Below are positions 1 to 11,774 of a stretch of 64,000 nt of DNA, in pieces (positions within the stretch are counted from its first letter, which is position 1; every line of letters begins with the position of its first letter). The DNA comes from Azolla caroliniana (lineage: Eukaryota > Plantae > Polypodiophyta): NCBI GenBank assembly GCA_043228905.1, contig JBHGNT010000012.1, positions 6,944,001 through 7,008,000 on the forward strand, read 5' to 3'. Below the pieces are notes generated by a model, which saw only the letters and a list, made by a program, of their open reading frames with translations, was not told where the DNA came from and made no database searches. The position numbers and the translations under genes are program-made.

Positions 1-863
1 AGGGTCCGTCTAGTTGATTAAAATTAGATGTAGGGCATTTGGAAAATTGCAGAGTCCCTTTTTCACAAGCATCCAAGTTTCCAAGCTCGGTGTTGTGTGT
101 TTGACTATTGTCACCCATCAATTTTCTTTCACTCATAATTTTTCATCTCAAACTAGGATCCATAATTCACATTAAGACCCAAAAACCTTACTGGATTGAA
201 TCCACAAAGGTCCCAATGCCTTCCACGTTCATGAAATCAATCCACAATCATGCATTGAATCCATGATCATGGATTGAACCCATGCAAGGCATTCCTCAAA
301 TTTAAATTCTACGAACAGCCTTTCTTGGGAATTCCAAAAAGAGCATTTCCTAGGAAAATTCCATGAAGGAGGAAACGAACCCCATCTCCCCTTTGTTGCT
401 CGTCATTCGAGGAACAAAGAAAGGAAAAGAGACGAGGTCAACTGACGACTACTGTTGTTGCTCTTGCTATTACACAGTCTCCACCTCTATCATCGATTGA
501 TGTTAGCATCATCCTTACTATAGGTGAGATTCAATCCATCCCCTTTTTCTTCTCCACTTACACCTTTCCTCTTTTAGGACCCTTATCCACAAGCAAAAAG
601 AGAACACTATTTTCGTCACACCAACATACTTAAAACATTTATACATATGCTAAAGTGTGTGTACACTTTTACTTGTACACAACATATCACTCACTGGCAC
701 ACACACCTAGGTATATCATCAATGCCTATCAAGCACGTCCAAATGAAGTTAGGTGCATAACAATCGACGATTTCAAATGTCCCGAAGTCATGAACCTAAG
801 GCAATCTCCTCTTCCTTGGCTCAAGCCCCCGACGGTCCCGCTCACATTTCCCTTCACCATAAT

Positions 864-1258
864 TATTATAGATCTAAGTACTAATGTAAGCTTAAGATAA
901 GGATAAAGAAATGAAAGATAGAAAGGAGAAAGAGAAAGAAGGGTGCCAATCCACCCGACCACCCCCGAGCGAAGGGATCGAGACGGACTCGAGCCTCGAT
1001 CGGCGTCCCATACCACCACCGTGGCGTCGAGTCGTACCTGGTGCTGGTGCGCTCGCTACAAGAGTTGACCCACCACACGAGTAGAGTCTCAATGTAGTCA
1101 AAAGATCCTCAAATGAGGGTAGCTAGGCCTCTTATTTATAGCGATACCCAAGGCCCCCAGGCAAATTCACACTTGACCTAATGGGTTGTCTCAATCCCGA
1201 GGATTAAAAGTAATCCTCCCCTTCTTTACACTCTCGTTTAACCCTCACACTTATCCAC
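864..1258 (-). repeat. 3' LTR of element A, missing its first ~60 nt
   Basis: Matches 11775-12169, then runs directly into the end of the chromodomain ORF. Confidence 0.9.
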
Positions 1259-3767
1259 TCTTTAAAACATTGCACTCTTGCAATGGAAAGTTAGGGAAGT
1301 TAGTTCTAAGAGTATTTTCGCGTTCCCATGTGGCATCTTTTATTGATTTATCCATCCATTTTATTTTAAATTCTCGGATTTCTTTAGTACGTAATTTTTT
1401 TGTTTTAACATCGAGAATTCTTTCTGGTACATGTGGTTTAGAAGATAATTCTTCAGAAGTAACCAGAGTTTCAGTCGTAACTGTATTGTCGCCAGAACCT
1501 AGAAGTTCTTTTAGACGACTCACATGAAAGATTGGATGAATTCCGACACCATCGGGAAGAGCGAGACGATAGGCTGATGACCCAATGCGTTTGAGGACTG
1601 TAAAAGGTCCACAAAACCGTGGGGCTAACTTAGCGCACTTACCCGTAGACAATGTCTTAGAATTGTGAGGTACACGTAAAAATACCTTCTGTCCAGGGTT
1701 GAATACACGAGGTTGCCTATGATGATCGGCATAAAAACGCGCTCTATCTTGAGCTGTTTTTATATTATCTCGTGCAATATGCAACATATCTTGCATATCC
1801 CGAAGAAAGTTTTGCGTACTTCGCAACTCATCATGATATATATTAGCATCAATCGGGGCTCATGGCTGAAAACCATACATCAACATAAAAGGACTATATC
1901 CCGTCGATGTATGCTTGGAGCTGTTATAAGCAAACTCCAAAATTGGGAGATAACGTTCCCATTTTGTTGGTTTTGCACCAACGTATGCTCGAAGCATGTC
2001 CTCAATAATTTGATTTACTCCTTCTGTCTGTCCATCGGATTGAGGATGATCCGTGGAGCTCATGCTCAACGTAGTTTCTAACTTCTTAAAGACTTGTGTC
2101 CAGAAGTCACTAGTAAACTTTGGATCTCGATCACTCATGATATCCATCGGTAACCCATAAAAACGAAACAATTCGTCAACGAATTGGTAAGCCAATTCAG
2201 GAGCTGTTACCGTGGTTTTAGTAGCAATAAATCTGGCCATTTTAGTTAGTCGATCAACGACAACCCAGATGGCATCATGACCTTTTTGGGTGCGAGGAAG
2301 GCTAACAATAAAATCCATGGATATACTTTCCCACTTATTATTGGGAATGTCCAAGGGATGTAAAAGTCCTGCGGCTTTAAGTCGCTCGGCTTTGGTAACC
2401 TGACACTGGTGACATTTAGTCACATAGCTATGTATGTTAGGACGCATCTTAGGCCAATAAAATTGAGTGGAGATGAGAACGAGTGTACGATGTATTCCAG
2501 GGTGCCCTGTTGAGGGTGCATCATGGCATTCAAAAAGAATCCTCTTTTTGACCTCGGGTAAATCTGGAACACAAACCTTCCCATTACGGTAGAGCAAACC
2601 GTTAGCAATGTGGAAGTATTCCTTCGAGGATGTGGTGGTGTCTGTTCCAGACTCAACTCTTGCCCAGTATTTTGCGAAATAACTGTCATCAAGATACTTT
2701 CCTCGAAGGTGATCATAAAGATCTGATGATATTGCAGTGAAGCTAAGCATGTTAACTTCACAGATGCGACTTAGTGCATCAGCGACAGTGTTCATGGAAC
2801 CTTTACGATATCGTATGGAAAAATCAAAGTCCTGGATGAGATCAGCCCATCGTGCCTTACGACCTTTCAGGTCTTGTTGGTCACAAAAATATTTCAAGGA
2901 CTCGTGGTCTGTAGTTACCACAAAGTGATTTCCATAAAGATAATGGCGCCATGTTTTGAGCGCATGTATAACTGCAAATAATTCCTTTTCTTGAACGGTA
3001 TACCGACATTGAGCAGAATCAAGTTTCTTACTCTCGAATGCTATTGGTTTACCATCTTGATACAAAACAGCACCTATAGCATAATCGCTTGCATCGGTTT
3101 CAACCTCAAAAGGTTTTGAAGGATCGGGTAAAAGAAGTGAAGGAGCCTTGCAAACCAAGTCCTTGAGTTCCTTAAAGGCAAGGTCTAGTGTACCATTCCA
3201 CACAATAGGTTTTGTAGACTTACGCGTTTGACCTTTTAAAAGATCAGTAAACGGCGTCGTCAATTGGGAGTAATTACGAAAAGACTTTCGCAAAAACCCC
3301 ACAAAACCAAGGAATGATCGAACTTCTCGAATATTCCGAAGAGTGGGCCAAAGCTTCATTTTCTCAATGCGAGAAGGATCAATTTCAACTCCTCGTTTGG
3401 TTATGAGATGTCCTAGATAAGTAATTGATTTCTTGAAGAACTCACATTTTGAGATCTTCGCATAAAACTGTTTGTCACGCAATGTTTGTAAAACAAAGCG
3501 GACATGTCTAGCATGTTCTTGTAATGTACGGCTATAAACTAAAATATCACCCAAGAAAATAACGACAAATTTTCCAAGTTGTTCTTGGAAAATGTCATTC
3601 ATTTCTTGTTGAAAAGTAGCCGGAGCATTGATCAAACCAAAAGGCATAACCAAAAACTCGTAATGGCCATAGCACGTACGAAATGCCGTTTTAGGAACAT
3701 CGTCCTCACTTATTCGTATTTGGTGGTAACCAGTACGGAGATCAAGTTTCGTAAAATACTGAACTCC

Positions 3768-4166
3768 TGTCATGAACACATGACCATTATGGACTTGAAC
3801 CTCGAACCTTGTAATTCATACTTGAAAACCTCAACCATTAAGATAGCTTATTGTTATATGAAACAATAAAAGCTACTTCTTGTATTACATTGATTATTGT
3901 AAAAACTCTAGATTATTCTAGAATGTTCTAGAATGTCCTAGAGCATTCTAGGTCTAGAACATTCTAGAACATTCTAGAAATCTCTAAGCTATTCTATAGG
4001 ACCCTATGAATAAGCGCATACATGTATTCTCAAATCAATTCGAATCAACACCAGTCTTTAGCTCTCATTACATATCTTGTATCCATTCTCTTTCTTTCTC
4101 TATCTTATACATACATTCTTCTCTATCCTTCTTCCATCACTCTATCTTTTATCCTTGGTTCTGACA
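3768..4166 (+). repeat. B1 5' LTR (399 bp)
   Basis: TGTCATG...CTGACA. It lacks 10 bp (CGTCACCCGG) present in the 3' LTR. Confidence 0.93.
3916..3980 (+). promoter_or_regulatory. Heat-shock element (nGAAn/nTTCn) array in B LTR, upstream of TATA
   Basis: TTCtaGAAtgTTCtaGAA and GAAcaTTCtaGAAcaTTCtaGAA are alternating pentamers. Present in all four B LTRs (also ~8150-8215, ~20026-20090, ~30897-30961). Confidence 0.75.
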
Positions 4167-4175
4167 GTTTGATTC

Positions 4176-4180
<5 letters not shown>

Positions 4181-4247
<67 letters not shown>
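4181..4247. repeat. (CT)n microsatellite in leader of B1 (also 20325-20384 in B2)
   Basis: Pure CT run immediately after the PBS in both copies. Confidence 0.95.
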
Positions 4248-4251
<4 letters not shown>

Positions 4252-4276
4252 CCTCCTTTGTAACCATCCTGAAACC

Positions 4277-5440
4277 ATGCCTGCCATTAACTCAGAAGAA
4301 TATCTCACCCTTGTTGCAGAAATGGAGAACCTTAAATCCAAGTTCGCATCTCTTGAAGTAGAGAATCAACATCTACTTGGGGATCTATAAAAGGTTACTA
4401 TAGAGAAGCAACAACAACAAGAGGAGTTCACGCGACGAGTGCAACAGTTAGAGTTGACAATCGTCGTGTTACAACAACAAAGGGTTGAAGGTCAGGGACT
4501 TATCAAGGAGCCCAAAATTAGCCTCCCAGCTAAATTTGATGGGTCGAGGGCGCATTTCCGAGGTTTTTTGAATCAAGTACGGTTGGTGATTGAAATGCAT
4601 CCCGCACGTTATCCAACAGATGCATCCCGAGTTGAGCTAGTGGGCACTTTATTGACTGGCATAGCATTGTCGTGGTTTGCTCCATTGCTAGAGACCAACT
4701 CTCCTCTACTGAATAATTTCGAGGAATTTATCAAGGAATTTAACGCTTGTTTCGGAGATACTGATGGGGTGAGAACAACTATCAACAAGATTCGTACACT
4801 TCGTCAAGGTGATCAACCAGCTTCAACATATGCTGCCAATTTCCATCTCATCGCAAGCGATATTCCTTGGGATGAACAAGCCCTAATGGAGCAATTCCGT
4901 TCAGGCCTTCGTAGTGATGTCAAAGACTTACTTCTTACCTTCCCCGAGGATCCAAGGTCACTTACAGAAGCTATTAGTCGAGCAATACGGTGTGATAATC
5001 GCCTTTTTGAGCATCGATGTGAGCGACAACAACAAATAACAAGATCTAGATTCACACCAACTTATGCATCAGTAACGGCGCAATCATCCCCAAGGCAAAT
5101 GTATAGCCCTGCTCCAACTCCAAGGCAAACACGTAGTCCAGTCCCAATGGATAGTCCTGCACCCATGGAGATCGATATGACTCAACGACGAGGACCGTTG
5201 TCAAACGAAGAGAAGCAACGTCGTCGAGCAAACCATCTGTGCTTATATTGTGGAGGTCCAGGACATATAGCCATTCATTGCTCCCGTAGGCCGAGACGTC
5301 AGGTAAATCAAATTCACTATGACAATAAAAATGAGTCCAACATTTTAGAAGTAGTTAGTGAATCTAATATTATGAATAATCCACCCTTGTCCAATAAATT
5401 TGAAGTCCTAAGCCAATTAGAAGAGGAGTCAAACGAATAA
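4277..5440 (+). pseudogene. gag: B1 gag (premature TAA at 4388-4390)
   Basis: Near-identical to the intact B2 gag. LPAKFDG motif and CLYCGGPGHIAIHC knuckle. CAA>TAA nonsense change relative to B2. Confidence 0.88.
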
Positions 5441-5466
5441 GTCCGGCTAAAATAGGAGCCATTTGG

Positions 5467-7990
5467 TTGGACAACCCTAGATATGTACAACCTAGTGTGG
5501 GTTCCATTTCTTCCAAGCATGTTAGTAGTGTCTTCTCAGCCCTAGTACAAGTTAGGACACCCAGTTGTCAACTTCAAGTCCAAGCCCTCTTAGATACTGG
5601 AGCCAATTCTTGTTTCATGGATAGAGATTTTGCCCAAAAACATGGAAGTATGGTCTTTACGCCAAACTTGAGAAATGCAGTTTTGATTGCAAACAAGTCG
5701 AATTTTTGGGATACACTATTTCATCCCAGGGTGTTTTCATGGACCCGGCAAAAGTCCAAACAATATTGGAATGGAAACCCCCATGCTCAGTTCGGGATGT
5801 CCAGTGTTTCCTCGGATTTGCAAACTTCTATCGCAAATTCATACATAATTATTCAAGCATTGTGTTGCCCCTTACTCAACTCACCAAGAAAAATCAAGCA
5901 TTTTTTTGGAGTATCGAAGCGGACAAGGCTTTTACGCAGCTAAAAGAGGCATTCACATCAGCACTCATCCTAGCACATATTGATCCTAAAAAGCCATTTA
6001 CTATTGAGGCAGATGCATCAGACTTTGCATTGGGGAGTATCCTATCGCAACCAGGCGAGGACGGGCAGATACATCCAGTCGCGTTTCACTCGAGAAAGTT
6101 TACTGTTTCGGAGATAAACTATGAGGTGCATGACAAGGAGTTACTAGCTGAGGTCGACTCATTCGAGCAATGGCGTCATTTTCTAGAAGGATCACCTCAT
6201 CAGATTATCATTTATAGTGATCACAAAAATCTCACATATTTTCAAACAGCTCAAGTATTAAATAGACGACAAGCTCGGTGGGCCCAATTTCTAACGCGTT
6301 TCGATTTCAAGATCATTTTTCGCCCCGGAAAACAACAAGGGAAAGCAGATGCTCTGTCTCGGCGTTCGTATCTAGCACTTCGACCTGGAGATCCGGCCTT
6401 TGACAATCAAAAGCAAACTCTCCTCGGGCCATCAAAGCTACAGGTAACAACAATTTATGCCACACCACTTGATTCTACCCTTCTTGACACTATTCGGCAA
6501 AAACTTCATTCGGATGATTTTGCTAAGGATGTCTTAGCCCACTGTGGTTCAAGTCGTCCATCTTGCTCCACATTGCCAGGGTCATCTCAACATTATCAGG
6601 ATTTCAAGTGGCAAGATGGTTTACTCTTCTACAAGAATCTCCTTTACGTCCCCGACGGATCACCCTGACTTCAAGTGTTGGAACATTGTCATGATGCCCC
6701 CATGGCTGGACATTTTGGTATTTCCAAGACCATTGAGCTGGTGAAACGTTCGTTTTGGTGGCCTCACTTGCAAAAATTTGTCGAAGATTATGTTCGCACT
6801 TGTGACACCTGCTGTCGCGCCAAAATACCTCGGCATCACCCTTATGGCTTACTACAACCATTACCCCCTCCCAACAAGCCATGGCAGTCTATTTCTATGG
6901 ATTTCATTACGGATCTACCACCTTCCAAAGGCTTTGATACTATTTTAACAGTAGTGGATCAGTTCACCAAGATGGCACATTTTGTACCATGTGTAAAGAC
7001 CATCAATAGTGAAGAAACTGCAGATCTCATTATGCGTGAAGTGTTTCGCCATCATGGTCTCCCGAATGATATTATTAGCGATCGAGGTCCTCAATTTATC
7101 TCACACTTTTGGAAGCACCTATGGGTAGGCCTCAAAATCTCTTGCAAACTCTCTTCAGCTTATCATCCACAAACTGACGGACAAATAGAGCGCACAAATC
7201 AGACACTCGAGCAATATCTTCGATGTTTCATTAGTTATCAACAAGATGATTGGAGTAAAATTTTACATCTTGCCGAGTTTGCATACAACAACACGGTCCA
7301 CTCTTCTACCAAAGTTACACCTTTCTTTGCCTACACCGGCAACCACCCTCGATGGTGTATACTGGATCTTCCCGAGGTGTCACGAAACCCTAGTGCGGCG
7401 CATCACCTCCACCGACTACAACAAATCCAGTTCGAGTTATCGTCACATCTTCAGAAAGCGCAAGCACACCATAAGACCAATGCCGATCGACATCGTCTTA
7501 AGTCTCCATTTAAGGTTGGTGACCGTGTATGGTTGCTTTGTCGTCACATCAAGACTACCCGACCGTGTGCTAAGATTGACTATCAACGCTTAGGTCCTTT
7601 TGTCATCACGGCACAGATTAATGATGCAACATTTCGTCTTAACCTTCCTGCACATATGCGGCTTCACCCTGTCTTTCATAGCTCTCTTTTGGTACCTTGC
7701 CACACCTCTTTAATTCCTGATCGTGTCGTGCTACCACCGCCTTCTGTACAACTTGTGGACGGCCCCGAATACGAGGTAGCTGCTATTCTCGATTCTAAGA
7801 TTGTGCGCAATAAGCTTTTATTATCTAGTTGATTGGCTTGGTTATCCTCCGAGTGATCACACTTGGGAACCCATCGATAACGTTTGTAATGCTGAAGCTC
7901 TGGTCAACGACTTCCATCGTCACTATCCAAACAAGCCCGGCCCAACAATGTTAACGCCGACTTCCACTCGGCGTTCTCGAAGGAGGGATA
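5467..7990 (+). pseudogene. pol: B1 pol with ~1.1 kb deletion of PR/RT; RH, IN and chromodomain remain
   Basis: LLDTGANSCF protease jumps at ~5643 to the RT C-terminus (compared with B2). RH EADASDFALG, IN SDRGPQF/QTDGQ, plus stop codons and frameshifts. Confidence 0.88.
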
Positions 7991-7991
7991 G

Positions 7992-8400
7992 TGTCATGAA
8001 CACATGACCATTATGGCGTCACCCGGACTTGAACCTCGAACCTTGTAATTCATACTTGAAAACCTCAACCATTAAGATAGCTTATTGTTATATGAAACAA
8101 TAAAAGCTACTTCTTGTATTACATTGATTATTGTAAAAACTCTAGATTATTCTAGAATGTTCTAGAATGTCCTAGAGCATTCTAGGTCTAGAACATTCTA
8201 GAACATTCTAGAAATCTCTAAGCTATTCTATGGGACCCTATAAATAAGCGCATACATGTATTCTCAAATCAATTTGAATCAACACCAGTCTTTAGCTCTC
8301 ATTACATATCTTGTATCCATTCTCTTTCTTTCTCTATCTTATACATACATTCTTCTCTATCCTTCTTCCATCACTCTATCTTTTATCCTTGGTTCTGACA
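7992..8400 (+). repeat. B1 3' LTR (409 bp)
   Basis: Follows the PPT; direct repeat of 3768-4166. Confidence 0.93.
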
Positions 8401-8709
8401 GCTCCCTGGAGACGGTCAATTAGATCGTCAGCCCAGGGCAATGGATACGAATTCTTGATCGTCACTTTATTCAAGCGTCGGTAATTAATACACATACGCC
8501 AAGTGCCCTCTTTCTTTTTAACCAAGAGAACTGGTGCACCCCATGGAGATTTACTATAACGTATATAACCTATTCGTAAATAGTCCTTGAGTTGCTTAGA
8601 TACCTCATCTTCTTCGGATCGACTTAAGCGATACGGAGGTATACTTATTGGTGCAACACCAGGTACAATATCTATACGATGGTCTATATTACATTTAGGA
8701 GGTAACCCA

Positions 8710-10089
8710 TCAGGTACAATCGTTCAGTACAAAAGAAATGGAATGACGAACCCATTCAATAAATAAAGAAGAGTTTTTATTATAAAACCAGGGATAACCC
8801 AGTATTACATCGGTGGTACAAAGATTCATTACATGGAAGTCTACTTCCTCTATATAAGTATCAATAGAAATTCCTAATGAATGAATCGCCCCGTTGATGT
8901 ATTGTACTCTTCCATCAGCCAAGTGCACCGTGTAGGTGTGATCACGTATGGTGGGTTGGATTCCCCATATCTGAGCCAAACGATCATTCACAAAATTGTG
9001 TGAGCTTCCCGAATCAAATAAAAATTGTACGGGAGATCCATTGATATACCCGTTTGCACGTAGTAAATCATTGGGACCCAATACATAGTGAGGGAAAGAA
9101 CATTGACAATTACTTAAATGATGTGTATAGACCTGAAGGACATTAGGAATCTGACCTTTATGGTCTGCAGCTTTAGCTTTGTTGTTGTGCTGATTCCGTT
9201 GGAGCTTTCGACATTGATCTTTTGTATGACCCTTCTTTTTGCAGAATACACAAAAAGGATGTTGTCGCTTACAATCGCGATCCAGGAATTCGTTGGGTGT
9301 CTTGCGTTTCCCAACAAATTGCGACTGCTTAGTCCCGGGCGCTTCGTTGGGTTTGTTATGGTCCTTCTTCGAAGTGCGTTGATAGCGAAGAACTATTTCA
9401 ACGGCCTCTTCGAAGGATTTTGGATCCTTATCGTGCACTATCCAGTGATAGTTCGAATTGGGGATGCCATTGACAAAACAAGCTATCAACCAATTGTCCC
9501 CTTGTAGACCCGATTTTTGGATTTGGGTTCTAGCATGGTGAACATAGTCTTCTAGCGAGGAAAATTTCCTGCTAGTGAGGTTCATTAAAGCTTGTGCTGC
9601 CTCGGTTCGAGAGGGAGGTTGCAGAAATTGGCCCTTAAAAACCGTGACAAAATCTGTCCAGGTATCGGGCAATTTCCCCATAGTACGGAGGCCACGCCAC
9701 CAGGCGGCGGCCTTACCCCCGAGTTCTCGGCCGACATATGCAATCTTCATACTATCTGGCGTGGGATAGAGCTCAAAATGAGACTCCCATCGTCCCAGCC
9801 ATGTGCAGATTGCTTCTTTGGTTCTTTCCTTTTTGTCTCCGGTAAATGGCTTAACGACAAATGATGGTTCACCTTGTCGCTCATCAGGTCTATTAGTCTC
9901 ACGTTGTAGACTAATGACACGTGCCTCAAGAGCACTCTGAGATTGCCGAAGTTCGGTCATCTGTTGAGCGGTGAAACTAAGGAATTGGGTTATTTGTGCC
10001 AAATACATCTCAGTGGACATTTGTCCAGGAGGATTCCCTTGAGTTCCTTCCGCTTGAGCGGATGACATCGGGTCGTTAATTTGAGCCAT
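8710..10089 (-). CDS. gag: Element A Gag + aspartic protease
   Basis: 459-aa ORF with retrotransposon gag core, zinc knuckle [14 protein letters not shown] and protease [10 protein letters not shown]. Confidence 0.9.
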   Translation of the reverse strand: MAQINDPMSSAQAEGTQGNPPGQMSTEMYLAQITQFLSFTAQQMTELRQSQSALEARVISLQRETNRPDERQGEPSFVVKPFTGDKKERTKEAICTWLGRWESHFELYPTPDSMKIAYVGRELGGKAAAWWRGLRTMGKLPDTWTDFVTVFKGQFLQPPSRTEAAQALMNLTSRKFSSLEDYVHHARTQIQKSGLQGDNWLIACFVNGIPNSNYHWIVHDKDPKSFEEAVEIVLRYQRTSKKDHNKPNEAPGTKQSQFVGKRKTPNEFLDRDCKRQHPFCVFCKKKGHTKDQCRKLQRNQHNNKAKAADHKGQIPNVLQVYTHHLSNCQCSFPHYVLGPNDLLRANGYINGSPVQFLFDSGSSHNFVNDRLAQIWGIQPTIRDHTYTVHLADGRVQYINGAIHSLGISIDTYIEEVDFHVMNLCTTDVILGYPWFYNKNSSLFIEWVRHSISFVLNDCT

Positions 10090-11264
10090 TAAAGATTATT
10101 TCTGGAAAAGAAATAGGACAAGGTCAGAGATATAGTCATAACATCATGTCGTGATGTAAACATATCATGGGCGAGCATTAATCGATATCATTATCTCACA
10201 TCAATACCCCTCTAGACGTATGAGATGAGGTTCAAGATTAGGTTACTATAGTAACACAAAGGTGTTTTAAAAACCATGGGGGTGACAAATAAATGTCTTT
10301 CCCTGATCTCTATATCGATTTTTTTATGGTGGCTCCCTGAGGCTCAACCATGTATGTTCGCGTTATGAATTGTTTATACACGAAAAAAATGTTAACAATA
10401 AACTATGTTTCGGTGCCCACATAAGTGGTTTCGGCTCTTTAAGTCCTATTACGAGGACCCCGAGGTGCACTTAGACCTTAAGTCTAAACATGTGTTATAG
10501 TCATATGTATCAAGGATGTTGTATGATCTTGGTCATATTTGAACTCGAGACCTCGAGAACAAATACATTAAACACTTGAGCCAACCAAGTAAGTTGCTCT
10601 TCTCGAATGCTTAATGTTTGATGCGTATAAGAGATATGCGAGGCAATTGATCATATATGTTTTTTTAAAAGAACATATATGTCAAGGGTCCTTATTTCAC
10701 CCTCATTTACCAAAACTATGTTGGTATGTTACCTAACCTCAAGTCTCGTAATTATGATGGCATACGCCAAAGTGCAACCTAATGGTCAAGCCAAATGAGC
10801 CCTCGTTTCGTAGTAGGCTCACGTGGGCCATCACATGGTCACGTCATTACGAATGCCTCTCGTAAGAACGAGCTCATGGTGGCATCGTATCCATGTAACG
10901 AGGGAGGGATGTTGGATACGTGCGTCATTGGAGCGACCTCACTTGAAGTGGGTCAAGCCCTACGTACTCAACATCATTTTGGCTATTGGCATTTCTTTAC
11001 GTAACGAAATCGAGGTCGTCAACGGGTTATCAACTATAAAAAAATGTTGAAAAAGGGATGGTGACAACGCCATTCTCACAAAAATGTGAGGACGGCCACC
11101 AACATCCTTCCCGACAAGGACAACTTTCGATATAATCACGTAATAACGAATATACACATATGTTTACTTATCACATATATACGATCAAATACGTATATAT
11201 GTGACCACATATGCCTATATTAAACATATCGTTATATTAAATAGCCACAAATGATGTGATCGAG

Positions 11265-11530
11265 ATACGTAATCGAGGTATATACCTCTACGCACACGAA
11301 ACATCCACAAATAAGAGATCATCGTAATACGCAATGGAGGTATTGACCTCTTACGCATACGAGACCAAACGCATATCGTTTACAACAAATCAAGGTATTA
11401 AACTCATATGCAAACGTAACATATGTTCGTGAAAGTAATACGTAATTGAGGTATTAACCTCGTACGCATACGACACTCATCACATATTATTAATATGTCA
11501 AACGAGGTATTGACCTCGTGCACATATGTA
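11265..11530 (-). repeat. Five-unit array of GAGGT-N4-ACCTC hairpin repeats with dissimilar spacers in leader of A
   Basis: Cores start at 11275, 11337, 11392 (degenerate), 11448 and 11504. Spacing 62/55/56/56. Confidence 0.8.
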
Positions 11531-11774
11531 AACGTTTTAGATAATCAATTAAAGACCACTACAACATCATTGACTTAATGAAAAAAATTACATATAAACT
11601 AAACACATGATTAGATGGGAGAAGAGAGAATAGAAACAAAATTTTTGGAAAGAGTTACCGAAGTTCTTTGTTATTCGTTGTCTGGATCAAGGCCAACCGC
11701 ACAACGATCGATCAGCATCAATCAAAAGACAAATGAAAAACAAAGAAACATTAGTACAAAAATCTGATACCAAA

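Larger units (their letters stand above)
3768..8400 (+). mobile_element. Ty3/Gypsy chromovirus 'B1' (Tf1/sushi/Tcn1-like), internally deleted
   Basis: TG..CA LTRs 3768-4166 and 7992-8400. TSD ACTCC/GCTCC (4/5). PPT AGGAGGGATAG at 7981-7991. Contains gag, a protease stub, RH, IN and chromodomain (YYLVDWLGYPPSDHTWEP). Inserted in the RT of element A. Confidence 0.95.
1251..8709 (-). pseudogene. pol: Element A pol (RT-RNaseH-integrase-chromodomain), split by B1 at 3768-8400 and frameshifted
   Basis: RT N-terminus at 8401-8709 ([19 protein letters not shown]). It resumes at 3767 (QYFTKLDLRTGYHQ). RT motif reads FLGD. RNaseH ETDASDYAIG, integrase HHCC/DDE (SDRDPKF, QSDGQTE), GPF motif and chromodomain (IKW..DATWE) in 1251-1826. 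Confidence 0.9.

Noticed and set aside
190-370. Short palindromes (AATCCATGATCATGGATT, TTCCTAGGAA) near the window start
   Set aside because: No termini, TSD or periodicity that I could define. Probably decayed repeat.
4123-4341. RE/SL/HT/VC dipeptide-repeat ORFs (also ~13700-14100, 16792, 20286, 34980, 60128)
   Set aside because: Translations of dinucleotide microsatellites.
10090-11260. Extra (env-like) gene in the long leader of A
   Set aside because: Only ORFs under 80 aa without motifs.
11265-11530. True CRISPR array
   Set aside because: Eukaryotic retrotransposon leader, degenerate repeats, short spacers and no cas genes. Kept only as a hairpin array.
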